A stretch of 57,790 nt of DNA from the NCBI GenBank assembly GCA_016744975.1, contig JADGDI010000005.1:1-57790 (forward strand), in the 5' to 3' direction. Each line of letters starts with the position of its first letter. The stretch's first letter is position 1. Under the pieces are notes generated by a model. That model worked only from the letters and a program-made list of their open reading frames with translations. It did not search any database and was not told the DNA's origin. This document shows, one piece after another, positions 9,313 through 18,874 of the stretch. The DNA is from Hyphomicrobiales bacterium. GTDB lineage: Bacteria > Pseudomonadota > Alphaproteobacteria > Rhizobiales > OSC116. A program made the position numbers and the translations under genes.

Positions 9313-10494
9313 ATGAAAACGCAAGTTGGTATTATAGGTAGCGGTCCATCGGGGTTAATTTTAGCGCAAATATTGCATTTACAGGGTATTGAAAGCATAA
9401 TTTTAGAACGTAAAACTACAGATTATGTATTAACAAGAATTCGAGCTGGTGTGTTGGAGCAAAGCTGTGTTGATTTGTTGCGACAAGCTCAGGCCTCTAA
9501 ACGCATGGACATTGAAGGCATTATGCATGATGGCTTTGATATTGCTTACTCGGGTGAAGCCCACCATGTTAATTTGAAAAAGTTAACCGGTACTGGGGTA
9601 ATGATTTATGGCCAAACAGAAATTACTCGGGATTTAATTGATCTACGTCGTAAAAATGGTGGTGTTATTATTGAAGAAGCTGAAGTCACGACAATTGAAA
9701 ATATAACATCTAAATCCCCCATCATACATTATTTAAAAGATGGTGTTGAACATCAGATTCAATGTGATTTTGTTACAGGTTGTGATGGCTATCATGGCGC
9801 TAGCCGCAAATCAATCCCACAAGATATTCTAAAAACCCATGAACAAATTTATCCGTTTGGGTGGTTGGGCATATTGTCAGAAACTCCACCTGTCTCAAAG
9901 GAGCTGATATACACACGCCACGAACGCGGCTTTGCATTATGTAGTATGCGTAATGAAATGTTGAGCAGATATTATATTCAAGTGCCAATAGATGATAAAG
10001 TAGAAGATTGGTCTGATGACCGTTTTTGGGATGAACTAAAGAAAAGACTGCCAAAAGATGCAGCTAATAAGCTTGTTACTGGGCCATCAATTGAAAAGTC
10101 AATTGCGCCGTTGCGTAGTTTTGTTTGCGAAAATATGCGTTATGGTAATTTGTTTTTAGCAGGTGATGCCGCTCATATTGTTCCGCCAACGGGGGCAAAG
10201 GGTTTAAATTCAGCAGCTTCTGACATTCACTATCTTTCCAATGCGCTTATTCAATATTATAAAAATGGTGATGAACAAGGCTTGGATCAGTATGCAGAAA
10301 AGGCTTTAAAGCGGGTTTGGAAAGCAGAACGCTTCTCTTGGTGGATGACCAATTTATTACATAAGTTACCAAATTCTGATGGCGATTCTGGATCGTTTAC
10401 TGCAAAAATGCAGTTGGCGGAGTTGGATTATTTGTTTGAATCCGAAGCTGCGCTTAAATCACTTGCCGAAAACTATATTGGTCTGCCTTATTAA
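9313..10494 (+). CDS. pobA: 4-hydroxybenzoate 3-monooxygenase
   Basis: It is 393 aa with an N-terminal FAD fold (VGIIGSGPSGL), plus ..LAGDAAHIVPPTGAKGLN.. and an overall PobA-like sequence and length. Confidence 0.92.
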   Translation: MKTQVGIIGSGPSGLILAQILHLQGIESIILERKTTDYVLTRIRAGVLEQSCVDLLRQAQASKRMDIEGIMHDGFDIAYSGEAHHVNLKKLTGTGVMIYGQTEITRDLIDLRRKNGGVIIEEAEVTTIENITSKSPIIHYLKDGVEHQIQCDFVTGCDGYHGASRKSIPQDILKTHEQIYPFGWLGILSETPPVSKELIYTRHERGFALCSMRNEMLSRYYIQVPIDDKVEDWSDDRFWDELKKRLPKDAANKLVTGPSIEKSIAPLRSFVCENMRYGNLFLAGDAAHIVPPTGAKGLNSAASDIHYLSNALIQYYKNGDEQGLDQYAEKALKRVWKAERFSWWMTNLLHKLPNSDGDSGSFTAKMQLAELDYLFESEAALKSLAENYIGLPY

Positions 10495-10507
10495 AAACAT
10501 TTGATGG

Positions 10508-10543
10508 ATAACAATGAGAGCCAGGAATGACTCTCATTGTTAT
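10508..10543. terminator. Bidirectional hairpin between convergent pobA and ligC
   Basis: A 13-bp perfect stem: ATAACAATGAGAG, a 10-nt loop, then CTCTCATTGTTAT. Confidence 0.55.
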
Positions 10544-10591
10544 TAATTAACCCATATTTTATAGCCATGTTTTGACTTGAATATATGTAGT

Positions 10592-11545
10592 CTAATTAAA
10601 TTTGTTTAAATAGATTTCTATTTTGTTCAAACTGCTCATTGCGCTGAAACATTGTTTTATACTTGAATTTGGTTCGCGCCCTTCACGAATTGCATTAAAA
10701 AACTCTCTATCTTGTAATTCGATGCCGTTCATAGACACTGCCACAGTTGATAAATCGATCGGTTTATCATTGCCATCGTATAATTCATCATACCGCGCTA
10801 AATAGGTGCCATTGTCACAAATATATCTAAAGAATGTACCAAATGGCCCATTATTGTTGAATGAAAGTGAAAGGGTGCAGATTGCACCATTGGGTGTTTT
10901 CATGCCGATATTCATATCCATCGCGATGCCAAGTGTTGGGTGTATTGGGCCTTGCATGGCGTGTAGCTTCGTTGCTTCTTGCCCCGTTTGATATTGAAAC
11001 AAATCTACCGTGTGGCAGGCATGATGCCACAATAAATGGTCTGTCCAAGATCTGGTTTCGCCTTTTGCATTGGTGTTCGTTCGGCGAAAAAAATAAGTTT
11101 GGACATCCATTTGTTGTATGGTTAGTTCACCATCTTGTATTTTATTATGAATCCATTGATGACTTGGATTAAAGCGGCGCGTGTGGCCTGCCATTGCAAC
11201 CAGCCCTGTTTTTTCTTGCATTTCAACTAGGCGTTTTGAATCTTCTATATTGTCTGCCATTGGTATCTCTACCATAACATGTTTGCCTGCCGCCATGCAT
11301 TGGATTGCTTGGCTGGCATGCATTTGTGTTGGTGTTGCTAATATAACGCAATCTACATCATTTCGTTTTAAACTCTCTGCCAAATTTGCTGTGCTGTGGC
11401 CAATACCACGTTCTTTTGCAAAAAGTTTTATTTTTTCTTCATTGCTACCAACGACAGAGGTTACTTTTATGCCTTTAATCTGTGAAATAGCATTTAAATG
11501 TTTGATACCAAAAGCGCCTGCGGCGCCTGCTACACATACTCTCAT
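10592..11545 (-). CDS. ligC: 4-carboxy-2-hydroxymuconate-6-semialdehyde dehydrogenase (Gfo/Idh/MocA family)
   Basis: It closely resembles LigC (..TPTQMHA.., ..GHTRRFNPSHQWIHNKI.., ..RSWTDHLLWHHACHTVDLF.., ..NGIELQDREF..REGREPNSS..). Confidence 0.85.
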   Translation of the reverse strand: MRVCVAGAAGAFGIKHLNAISQIKGIKVTSVVGSNEEKIKLFAKERGIGHSTANLAESLKRNDVDCVILATPTQMHASQAIQCMAAGKHVMVEIPMADNIEDSKRLVEMQEKTGLVAMAGHTRRFNPSHQWIHNKIQDGELTIQQMDVQTYFFRRTNTNAKGETRSWTDHLLWHHACHTVDLFQYQTGQEATKLHAMQGPIHPTLGIAMDMNIGMKTPNGAICTLSLSFNNNGPFGTFFRYICDNGTYLARYDELYDGNDKPIDLSTVAVSMNGIELQDREFFNAIREGREPNSSIKQCFSAMSSLNKIEIYLNKFN

Positions 11546-12438
11546 ATCTCGTCTCCATTATTAATATTTTTAAGAATTTGGTCTGCAATATCTTTAAAAT
11601 TTGTGTTTTTTGAATTAAGTTCAAGATCACCAATGGTTTGCTGCCAATTGACAGTTGCCTTAGACATGCTATTGTTTAAACCCAACTGATCGACAGTTAG
11701 TGCGACTTCTCGCATTTCTGATGCACGCCTTTTACCATGTTGCACCATGCGCTCTAACATATATCCAGAGCGCATGTACCAATCAAAATTGGTGAAATCT
11801 TGTGCTAGCGAATCTAAAATTGTATCATCAATATTTAGTTTTCGAGCTGATAATAAACATTCGGCATTTAGTGCTTCTAGCCCCTTGATCATGATGCTGC
11901 GTATCATTTTAATCGATGAGGCTTGTCCTATATCTGCATTTAAAACACTTACATTCATGTCCAATGATTCTAACAATGTTTGAGCTAGTGTTGCATATTG
12001 CCCACAAATTAATAGAGGTGCTTTATGGATTTTGGGGTAAACGGGTGCCATAATTGCGACATCAACATACTTCCCACCTGCTGCATTGATAAGTTTTGCA
12101 TTCATTTGTTTGGTCTGAGGGGCGCAGGAATTACAGTCAAAATATAGTTGGTTTGGCTGAATGTATTTTGCACATTGCTTGGCAGCTTCTGCTGCTTGAT
12201 CTGCGGTTACTAAGCAAAATATTGCATTTCCATCCTTTAAGGCATGCTCAATTTGTAAATGGCCGTTGACATTATGCTTTTTATAGTCAACTAACTTTGC
12301 CTCACGGGTGTCACTATTATTTGTTTTGCGATCAAAAGCATTAATTTTTATTATTATATTGTTAGCGCTCCAGCCTTTTGTAAAAGCAATTGCAGCTTCG
12401 CCAAAACCCAAGAATGTTATGTTATTTTGTGATTGCAT
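11542..12438 (-). CDS. NAD(P)-binding oxidoreductase (6-phosphogluconate-dehydrogenase-like N-domain, DUF1932-like C-domain), function unknown
   Basis: It has an N-terminal Rossmann motif (ITFLGFGEAAIAF). Its stop overlaps the ligC start by 4 nt. Confidence 0.55.
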   Translation of the reverse strand: MQSQNNITFLGFGEAAIAFTKGWSANNIIIKINAFDRKTNNSDTREAKLVDYKKHNVNGHLQIEHALKDGNAIFCLVTADQAAEAAKQCAKYIQPNQLYFDCNSCAPQTKQMNAKLINAAGGKYVDVAIMAPVYPKIHKAPLLICGQYATLAQTLLESLDMNVSVLNADIGQASSIKMIRSIMIKGLEALNAECLLSARKLNIDDTILDSLAQDFTNFDWYMRSGYMLERMVQHGKRRASEMREVALTVDQLGLNNSMSKATVNWQQTIGDLELNSKNTNFKDIADQILKNINNGDEI

Positions 12439-12520
12439 TAAATAGCTTCCCAGTTTTTACGTTAAACTATCAGCTTAGTAATTTTCAAGGAAATTAAATA
12501 ATGCTCTGAGACATTCAAAA

Positions 12521-12534
12521 TTTGAATAGCGCCT
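12521..12534. promoter_or_regulatory. Shared motif TTTGAATAGCGCCT, copy 3, upstream of the oxidoreductase-ligC operon
   Basis: An exact 14-mer match to 191-204. It lies 83 nt upstream of the start at 12438 on the minus strand. Confidence 0.3.
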
Positions 12535-12549
12535 CTAAATATTGGAATT

Positions 12550-13764
12550 TTATTTAACCAATTGACGGCTTCGAAGCATGTCTAAGAAAAATAGTTGAGT
12601 TTTTGTAGGTTTCCAAGATTTTCTCATGGTGATGCCTATTGGCCTAGAACCAAAGGTAATTTCAAACGGAATTTTCACTAAAACACCATTCGACAATTCA
12701 TGTTGAACTTGTTCTTCTGATATGATGGCTAACCGATCGCTGTTTACTAGTAAGCCGCGCATTAATATTTGAGAGCTGGTTTCAATTAATCTGGCGGGCA
12801 AACTGGCTTCGCAATTATTAAAGATCGTTCTAAAAATACCATTGGTTGGGGTGTTTGCAGATGGGACAACCCATGGGTAATTAGCAAGGATATCTGCGCA
12901 AATATCAGTTTGGTGTTGTAGTGGATGATGGTTACGCGCAACGATGCAAATGGTGGATGAAAGTAGTTTTTCTTGGATAACATCATCACAGGGTACAGGG
13001 AAGCGTAGCGCACCGATTAGAAGATCAAAATCACCATGGCGTAAATGATTTAATAAATCATGGTAAGAGCCATCGGCTATGTTGAAATTGAAATCTGGAT
13101 ATTGTTTTGAAAATTGATTGATCGCATTGGGTAATATTGAGGTTCTTGCTAGAGGCATGCAGCCAACTACAATATGACCAACCTCGCGATTATGTAAACT
13201 ATTCACTTCTTCTTGCCCCTGAGACATTTCTGAAAAAGCTAATTTTGAGGCTTTTGCTAATATTTGTGCTGCCTTACTTGTTCTTATGCCGGTTCGAGTT
13301 TTTTCAAAAAAAACGACACCCAATTGGTTTTCTAAATCTCTTGCCGCCCTGTGTAATGAGGACTGGGATACGCCAATATTGCGGCCTGCTAAACTAAAGT
13401 TTTGAGTTTCATTCACCGCAATGAGTGCTCGTAACTGGGTGGTTGTTAACATTTGTAGAGAATGCTTTACTAGATTTTGGTTGTCAGCATCTCCATTGCG
13501 AATAGCAGCTTTTGTGCCATCTAAAATGATGTTTAAGGCGCGTTCAATACGATATGCATATGCCTGCCCCGAAGCGGTTAAATACATACCATCGCTACGT
13601 CGATCAAATAGCTTTGTATTTAAATTCTTTTCTAATTTTGCAATTGCTTGGGTGATTGCTGGTTGAGAAAGAAAGATCTTTTTTGAAGCCCTGCTAATTG
13701 ATTTTGATTGTGTCACTTCCAAAAAAGCTCGTAAATGTCGAATATTTGGTGTTTTTAACTGCAT
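12550..13764 (-). CDS. LysR-type regulator with duplicated N-terminal HTH (LigR-like)
   Basis: It has two consecutive LysR wHTH-like segments followed by a LysR substrate-binding domain, and it is divergent from ligJ. I prefer the start at 13764 (MQLKTPN..), which is preceded by GGGAAG. The ORF track extends to 13821. Confidence 0.75.
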   Translation of the reverse strand: MQLKTPNIRHLRAFLEVTQSKSISRASKKIFLSQPAITQAIAKLEKNLNTKLFDRRSDGMYLTASGQAYAYRIERALNIILDGTKAAIRNGDADNQNLVKHSLQMLTTTQLRALIAVNETQNFSLAGRNIGVSQSSLHRAARDLENQLGVVFFEKTRTGIRTSKAAQILAKASKLAFSEMSQGQEEVNSLHNREVGHIVVGCMPLARTSILPNAINQFSKQYPDFNFNIADGSYHDLLNHLRHGDFDLLIGALRFPVPCDDVIQEKLLSSTICIVARNHHPLQHQTDICADILANYPWVVPSANTPTNGIFRTIFNNCEASLPARLIETSSQILMRGLLVNSDRLAIISEEQVQHELSNGVLVKIPFEITFGSRPIGITMRKSWKPTKTQLFFLDMLRSRQLVK

Positions 13765-13840
13765 TTCACTTCCCATGGTTTGGAGTGACTTTAACCATGC
13801 TATCTCAAAAATCAATAGCAAAAGCTTTGAAATGGAATGG

Positions 13841-13866
13841 CTAGATAATTATTTTTACTAGATAAT
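13841..13866. promoter_or_regulatory. Direct repeat CTAGATAAT x2 enclosing ATTAT-N9-ATAAT (contains T-N11-A), a candidate LysR box in the ligR/ligJ divergent region
   Basis: Read from the sequence. The copies are at 13841-13849 and 13858-13866. Confidence 0.35.
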
Positions 13867-13936
13867 GTAGTTAGTTCCTGAAAACATTATGAAAAGCTGA
13901 CGTTTGAAAATATGGGAATTTGCTTAAGGAGACAAA

Positions 13937-14941
13937 ATGATTATTGATTGTCATGGACATTACACCACAACACCATCGGCAGTGGGTGCATATAGAGATC
14001 AACAAAAACTAAATATTGCTAAGGATCCAAACTTTACTGGAGAAAAAGGCAGCATTGTTATTAGTGATGATGAAATCATAGAATCCATTGAAAATAATCA
14101 ATTAAAATTACAAAAACAACGTGGTACAGATTTAACAATTTTTTCTCCTCGTGCAAGTTGGATGGGGCATCATATTGGGAATGAGCATACAAGCAGGTTT
14201 TGGACAGAGCACCAAAATGAGCTTATAAAAAGGGTTTGTGATTTATTTCCAAATAATTTTGCGCCAGTGGCTCAGCTGCCGCAATCCTCAAATGTAGATC
14301 CCAAAAAATCAATTCCTGAATTGGTCCGTTGTGTTGAAGAAATGGGCTTTATTGGATGTAATTTAAGTCCAGATACAAGCGGTGGTTTTTGGAAAGACCC
14401 ACCACTTGCTGATCGGTCTTATTACCCTATTTATGAAAAATTGGTAGAATTAGATGTGCCTGCAATGATTCATGTTAGTGCGTGTTGTAATGATAGCTTT
14501 CATACAACAGGTTCGCATTATCTGGGCGCCGATACCGCAGCGTTTCAGCAGTTGATTATGTCTGATGTGTTTAAAGATTTCCCAACACTTAAGATTATTA
14601 TTCCACATGGCGGGGGAGCTGTGCCTTATCATTGGGGGCGTTTTAGAGGTCTAATGCAAGATCAGGGCTATGAGCCACTTGAGCGCTCGGCGCTTAAGAA
14701 TATTTATTTTGATACTTGTGTCTATCACCAACGCGGCATTGATTTATTGCTTGATATAATCCCGATAGACAATATTCTCTTTGCTTCTGAAATGATTGGT
14801 GCTGTCCGCGGAATTGACCCTGAAACTGGCTATTATTATGACGATACTAAACGGTATATCGATAATAGTAAGCTTAGTGAGCAAGATAAGTATAAGATAT
14901 TTGAAGGCAATGCACGCCGGGTATTTAGCCGCTTAAAATGA
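13937..14941 (+). CDS. ligJ: 4-oxalomesaconate hydratase
   Basis: It strongly resembles LigJ (MIIDCHGHYT.., ..FIGCNLSPD.., ..ELDVPAMIHVS.., ..IIPHGGGAVPYHWGRFRGL.., ..GAVRGIDPETGYYYDDTKRYID..). Confidence 0.88.
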   Translation: MIIDCHGHYTTTPSAVGAYRDQQKLNIAKDPNFTGEKGSIVISDDEIIESIENNQLKLQKQRGTDLTIFSPRASWMGHHIGNEHTSRFWTEHQNELIKRVCDLFPNNFAPVAQLPQSSNVDPKKSIPELVRCVEEMGFIGCNLSPDTSGGFWKDPPLADRSYYPIYEKLVELDVPAMIHVSACCNDSFHTTGSHYLGADTAAFQQLIMSDVFKDFPTLKIIIPHGGGAVPYHWGRFRGLMQDQGYEPLERSALKNIYFDTCVYHQRGIDLLLDIIPIDNILFASEMIGAVRGIDPETGYYYDDTKRYIDNSKLSEQDKYKIFEGNARRVFSRLK

Positions 14942-14977
14942 TAAATTAGTTTTGAGTTATAGTTTGGGATAAATAAA

Positions 14978-15655
14978 ATGTATGAAAATATTGTTGTTCA
15001 AAATTTTAACCGTGCTGACCAGGAGGTCATAGATGGTTTGGCAAAATGTGGCGTTGCTACTGTTCATGAGGCACAAGGGCGGCGCGGCCTTTTGGCAGAT
15101 TATATGCGGCCAATTTATGAAGGTGCTTCTATTGCAGGGTCGGCAATTACAATTTCAGGCGCGGCAGGTGATAACTGGATGATGCATGTCGCCATCGAAC
15201 AAGCACAGAAAGGTGATATATTGGTATTTGCACCAACATCGCCATCAAATTTTGGCTTTTTTGGTGATTTATTAGCAACATCAGCACAGAGCCGTGGAGT
15301 GGTTGGGTTGATTATTGAAGGCGGCGTTAGGGATATTCGAGATCTTAAAAAAATGAACTTTCCCGTTTGGTCAAAACATATATTTGCGCAAGGCACAATT
15401 AAAGAAACCATTGGCTCAGTAAATATAACAATGGTTTGTGCAACTGAGATTATTAATGCAGGAGATGTGATTGTTGCAGATGATGATGGTGTTTGCGTGG
15501 TTAGGCGAGAAGAGGCAAATGCAGTTTTACAAGAAGCACAAGCGCGTGTTGCGCGCGAAGAGAAGAAACGTTTACTGATGTCTAAAGGCGAGCTCGGTTT
15601 GGATATATATAATATGCGACAAAGGCTTAAAGAAAAAGGCTTGAAGTATGTTTGA
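14978..15655 (+). CDS. ligK: 4-carboxy-4-hydroxy-2-oxoadipate aldolase / oxaloacetate decarboxylase (RraA-like fold)
   Basis: It is 225 aa with RraA/LigK-like sequence (..[24 protein letters not shown]..). It sits within the lig operon. Confidence 0.85.
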   Translation: MYENIVVQNFNRADQEVIDGLAKCGVATVHEAQGRRGLLADYMRPIYEGASIAGSAITISGAAGDNWMMHVAIEQAQKGDILVFAPTSPSNFGFFGDLLATSAQSRGVVGLIIEGGVRDIRDLKKMNFPVWSKHIFAQGTIKETIGSVNITMVCATEIINAGDVIVADDDGVCVVRREEANAVLQEAQARVAREEKKRLLMSKGELGLDIYNMRQRLKEKGLKYV

Positions 15656-16724
15656 TGAGAGCACTGGTGAATTACGTTCAGCAAAATGTATGTGGATGCG
15701 GGGCGGCACCTCTAAGGGTGCATATTTTTTAGCACAAGATTTGCCTTCAAATATAATTGAAAGAGATCTGTTTTTATTAGCAATGATGGGGTCTCCTGAC
15801 CATCGCCAAATTGATGGTATGGGCGGAGCAAATCCGTTGACATCAAAAGTCGCTATCGTTGAAAAATCTGATAGAGATGGTGTTGATGTTAATTATTTGT
15901 TTTTACAAGTCATGGTGGATAAGGCCATTGTAAGTGATGCACAAAATTGTGGTAATATATTAGCTGGGGTTGGGCCCTTTGCGATTGAGCGCGGCTTAGT
16001 GATTGTGCAAGGTGATGAAACGCTAGTTCATATATATATGGAGAATGCTGGGCAAATTGCAGTCGAAAAGATCATAACCAAAGATGGTGAAGTAAGTTAT
16101 GTGGGGAGCACAAAAATTGATGGTGTTCCAAATGCTGCCAGCCCGATTGTGCTAAGTTTTAAAGACAGTGCAGGTTCTGCCTGTGGTGCTTTATTACCGA
16201 CAGGCAATGAAGTGGATATTGTTGAAGGTGTTGCGGTAACCTGTATTGATAATGGCATGCCCGTGGTTGTGTTGCTTGCTTCAGATGTTGGCGTCGATGG
16301 CACTGAAAGTTGTGAAACGCTAGAGCAGAATAAAGCATTGAGACATATTTTGGAAAATATTCGTTTAAAAGCTGGAATGTTGATGAATTTAGGGGATGTC
16401 ACCAATAAAACGGTGCCAAAAATCAGTTTGGTTAGCCCTGCAAAATGTGGCGGTGTTATATCAACACGCACTTTTATTCCGCATCATTGTCATAGTAGTA
16501 TTGGTGTTTTGGGTGCTGTGAGTGTCGCGACTGCGTGTGCTCTAGGAAACTCTCCTGCCAATGAAATTGCCAATATTCCAGCTGATAAGGTTAAACGAAT
16601 GTCTATTGAACACCCAACTGGTGAAATGACTGTGGTATTAGAGATAGGTGATGATGGAAAAATTGATAATGCTGCAATTTTAAGAACAGCTCGCAAGCTT
16701 TTTGATGGCGTTGTCTTTGCATAA
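15648..16724 (+). CDS. ligU: 4-oxalomesaconate tautomerase (PrpF family)
   Basis: It has PrpF-family hallmarks (..MRGGTSKG.., ..[13 protein letters not shown]..). It overlaps the ligK stop by 8 nt. Confidence 0.8.
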   Translation: MFDESTGELRSAKCMWMRGGTSKGAYFLAQDLPSNIIERDLFLLAMMGSPDHRQIDGMGGANPLTSKVAIVEKSDRDGVDVNYLFLQVMVDKAIVSDAQNCGNILAGVGPFAIERGLVIVQGDETLVHIYMENAGQIAVEKIITKDGEVSYVGSTKIDGVPNAASPIVLSFKDSAGSACGALLPTGNEVDIVEGVAVTCIDNGMPVVVLLASDVGVDGTESCETLEQNKALRHILENIRLKAGMLMNLGDVTNKTVPKISLVSPAKCGGVISTRTFIPHHCHSSIGVLGAVSVATACALGNSPANEIANIPADKVKRMSIEHPTGEMTVVLEIGDDGKIDNAAILRTARKLFDGVVFA

Positions 16725-16745
16725 ACCCAAGGTGAAAGTGATAAT

Positions 16746-17618
16746 ATGGATTTAGATTATTTACCATTTAAGGCCAATCCGAGTAAACCAAGCTATAGTG
16801 TTCCAAAAGGAGCGGTAGATGCACATTGCCATGTTTTTGGGCCGAATGATAAATTTCCATATCATCCAATGCGCAAATATACGCCATGTGATGCACCAAA
16901 GGAAAAACTATTCGAATTACGAGATTATTTAGGCTTTGACAGAAATGTAATTGTGCAAGCCTCATGTCACGGTACAGATAATTCAGCCTTAATAGATGCG
17001 TTGAGCGCCGCAGGAGATAATGCCCGTGGCGTGGCCGTTATAAACCCTAATATTAGCGATGTAGAATTACAGGAAATGCATCATGCAGGCATTCGTGCTG
17101 TTCGGTTTAATTTTGTAAAACGGTTGGTTGATAACACACCCAAAGAGATTTTTTTGGCGGTTGCAGCGCGAATAAAAAAACTTGGATGGCATATTGTTGT
17201 TTATTTTGAAGCGCCTGATTTAGAAGGGTTAATACCATTTTTAAAACAGTTAGATTGTCTGATTGTGGTTGATCATATGGGGCGCCCAGATGTCTCAAAA
17301 GGTGTTGACCATCAGGATTTTCAGCAGTTCATAAATTTTATGAGTGAAAATAAAAATATTTGGACAAAGGTCAGTTGCCCTGAACGCTTAACACACCAAA
17401 ATACGGACTATAGTGATGTTGAACCATTCGCTCGTTTATTGGTTGAGCGGTTTTCAACAAGAGTGTTATGGGGGACTGACTGGCCACACCCAAATATGAA
17501 ATCACATGCGCCTGATGATGGAGATTTAGTTGATATTATCCCTAAAATAGCTCGAACGGTAGAGTTGCAAAAAAAGTTACTTATCGATAATCCAATGAAG
17601 CTTTATTGGCACGAATAA
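16746..17618 (+). CDS. ligI: 2-pyrone-4,6-dicarboxylate lactonase
   Basis: It has an amidohydrolase fold with LigI-like motifs (..VDAHCHVFGP.., ..VVDHMGRPD.., ..LWGTDWPHPN..). Confidence 0.85.
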   Translation: MDLDYLPFKANPSKPSYSVPKGAVDAHCHVFGPNDKFPYHPMRKYTPCDAPKEKLFELRDYLGFDRNVIVQASCHGTDNSALIDALSAAGDNARGVAVINPNISDVELQEMHHAGIRAVRFNFVKRLVDNTPKEIFLAVAARIKKLGWHIVVYFEAPDLEGLIPFLKQLDCLIVVDHMGRPDVSKGVDHQDFQQFINFMSENKNIWTKVSCPERLTHQNTDYSDVEPFARLLVERFSTRVLWGTDWPHPNMKSHAPDDGDLVDIIPKIARTVELQKKLLIDNPMKLYWHE

Positions 17619-17675
17619 CCCCACATGGATAGCAGACCATTAAATCTGTTTGGACATAAAATAGGAGTTTAATAA

Positions 17676-18029
17676 ATGTCATATCTTGACGATAAAACCC
17701 CAATTAAGGGAACAATTATGTTTGATGGGGAAATGGCAAGCCTCGGATATAATCTGAATAAATTATGCTACTCCTTTAATCAAGAAGATGCTCGAGATGC
17801 ATTTAATAGCAATGAGCGTGCTTATTGTGAGAAATATGGGTTAACTGAGGGGCAAACCCTAGCGATTTTAGAGCGTAATATCATTGGCCTATTAGAGCAG
17901 GGTGGCAGTATTTATTATTTGGCAAAATTTGCGGGTTTATTAGGGTTGAATATGCAGGATATTGGCGCTTTACAAACAGGGCTAACGTTAGAAGAATTTA
18001 AGCAAAAATTAGTAGATGCAGGAGAATAA
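17676..18029 (+). CDS. ligA: Protocatechuate 4,5-dioxygenase alpha subunit
   Basis: It encodes a 117-aa small subunit immediately upstream of ligB (2-nt gap), with LigA-like sequence. Confidence 0.8.
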   Translation: MSYLDDKTPIKGTIMFDGEMASLGYNLNKLCYSFNQEDARDAFNSNERAYCEKYGLTEGQTLAILERNIIGLLEQGGSIYYLAKFAGLLGLNMQDIGALQTGLTLEEFKQKLVDAGE

Positions 18030-18031
18030 AA

Positions 18032-18874
18032 ATGGCTAAAATTATCGGTGCAATTGGTTCTTCGCATATACCTGCTGTTGGTATGGCGATTGCGAAAAAG
18101 TTACAAAATACGCCTTATTGGAAAGATTTTTTTGATGGCTATCCACCCATTTGGAACTGGCTTAATGAGCAAAAGCCTGATGTTGCAATTATTTTTTATA
18201 ACGATCATGGTCTTGAGTTTTTCTTAGATAAGAAACCGACATTTGCGATTGGTGCCGCCAAGCAATATATAAGCTATGATGAGGGCTGGGGGCTTGCAAC
18301 CATACCGCCAATTAATGGCGATGAGGCTTTGTCATGGCATATTTGCAATGAGTTGGTGGAGGATGAATTTGATATTACCATTTGTCAAGAATTAGGTGTT
18401 GATCATGGGCTTACAGTGCCTATGCAGTTAATGTGGCCTAATGACGATAATTATGGCGGAATTCGAGTTATTCCAGTGGTTATTAATTGTGAACGCCACC
18501 CTATGCCATCTTTAAAGCGGTGTTTTGACTTAGGGCGATCTATTGGCAAAGCGATTGAATCTTATCACCAAGATTTAAAAATTGTGGTGTTGGGAACAGG
18601 TGGTTTGTCTCATCAATTAGATGGGCAAGGCGCGGGGCTGATTAATAAAGAGTTTGATTTAATGTGCATGGAAAAACTAGTATCAGCCCCTGAAGAATTA
18701 TTTAAATATAACTTGCGGGACATTACAGAAATTGCAGGAGCCCAAGGGGTTGAATTGAATATGTGGATGGGCATGCGCGGTGCTTTACTGGGTGATGTTA
18801 CTGAAATACATAGTAACTACACAGTGCCAATTTCAAACACAGGGGCAGGTACAATGCTTTTGACAAATGAATGA
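18032..18874 (+). CDS. ligB: Protocatechuate 4,5-dioxygenase beta (catalytic) subunit
   Basis: It is a class III extradiol dioxygenase (..GSSHIPAVG.., ..IFYNDHG.., ..GTGGLSHQL..). Confidence 0.9.
   Translation: MAKIIGAIGSSHIPAVGMAIAKKLQNTPYWKDFFDGYPPIWNWLNEQKPDVAIIFYNDHGLEFFLDKKPTFAIGAAKQYISYDEGWGLATIPPINGDEALSWHICNELVEDEFDITICQELGVDHGLTVPMQLMWPNDDNYGGIRVIPVVINCERHPMPSLKRCFDLGRSIGKAIESYHQDLKIVVLGTGGLSHQLDGQGAGLINKEFDLMCMEKLVSAPEELFKYNLRDITEIAGAQGVELNMWMGMRGALLGDVTEIHSNYTVPISNTGAGTMLLTNE

Noticed and set aside
15115-15684. A long antisense ORF (189 aa) opposite ligK. Similar shadow ORFs occur elsewhere, for example 1327-1812, 11181-11564, 24194-24637, 27599-27967, 40734-41387 and 42507-42905.
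   Set aside because: Each lies entirely within, and antisense or out of frame to, a gene with strong family hallmarks. The translations are low-complexity or Cys/Ser/Arg-rich with no recognisable motifs, which is typical of shadow ORFs.
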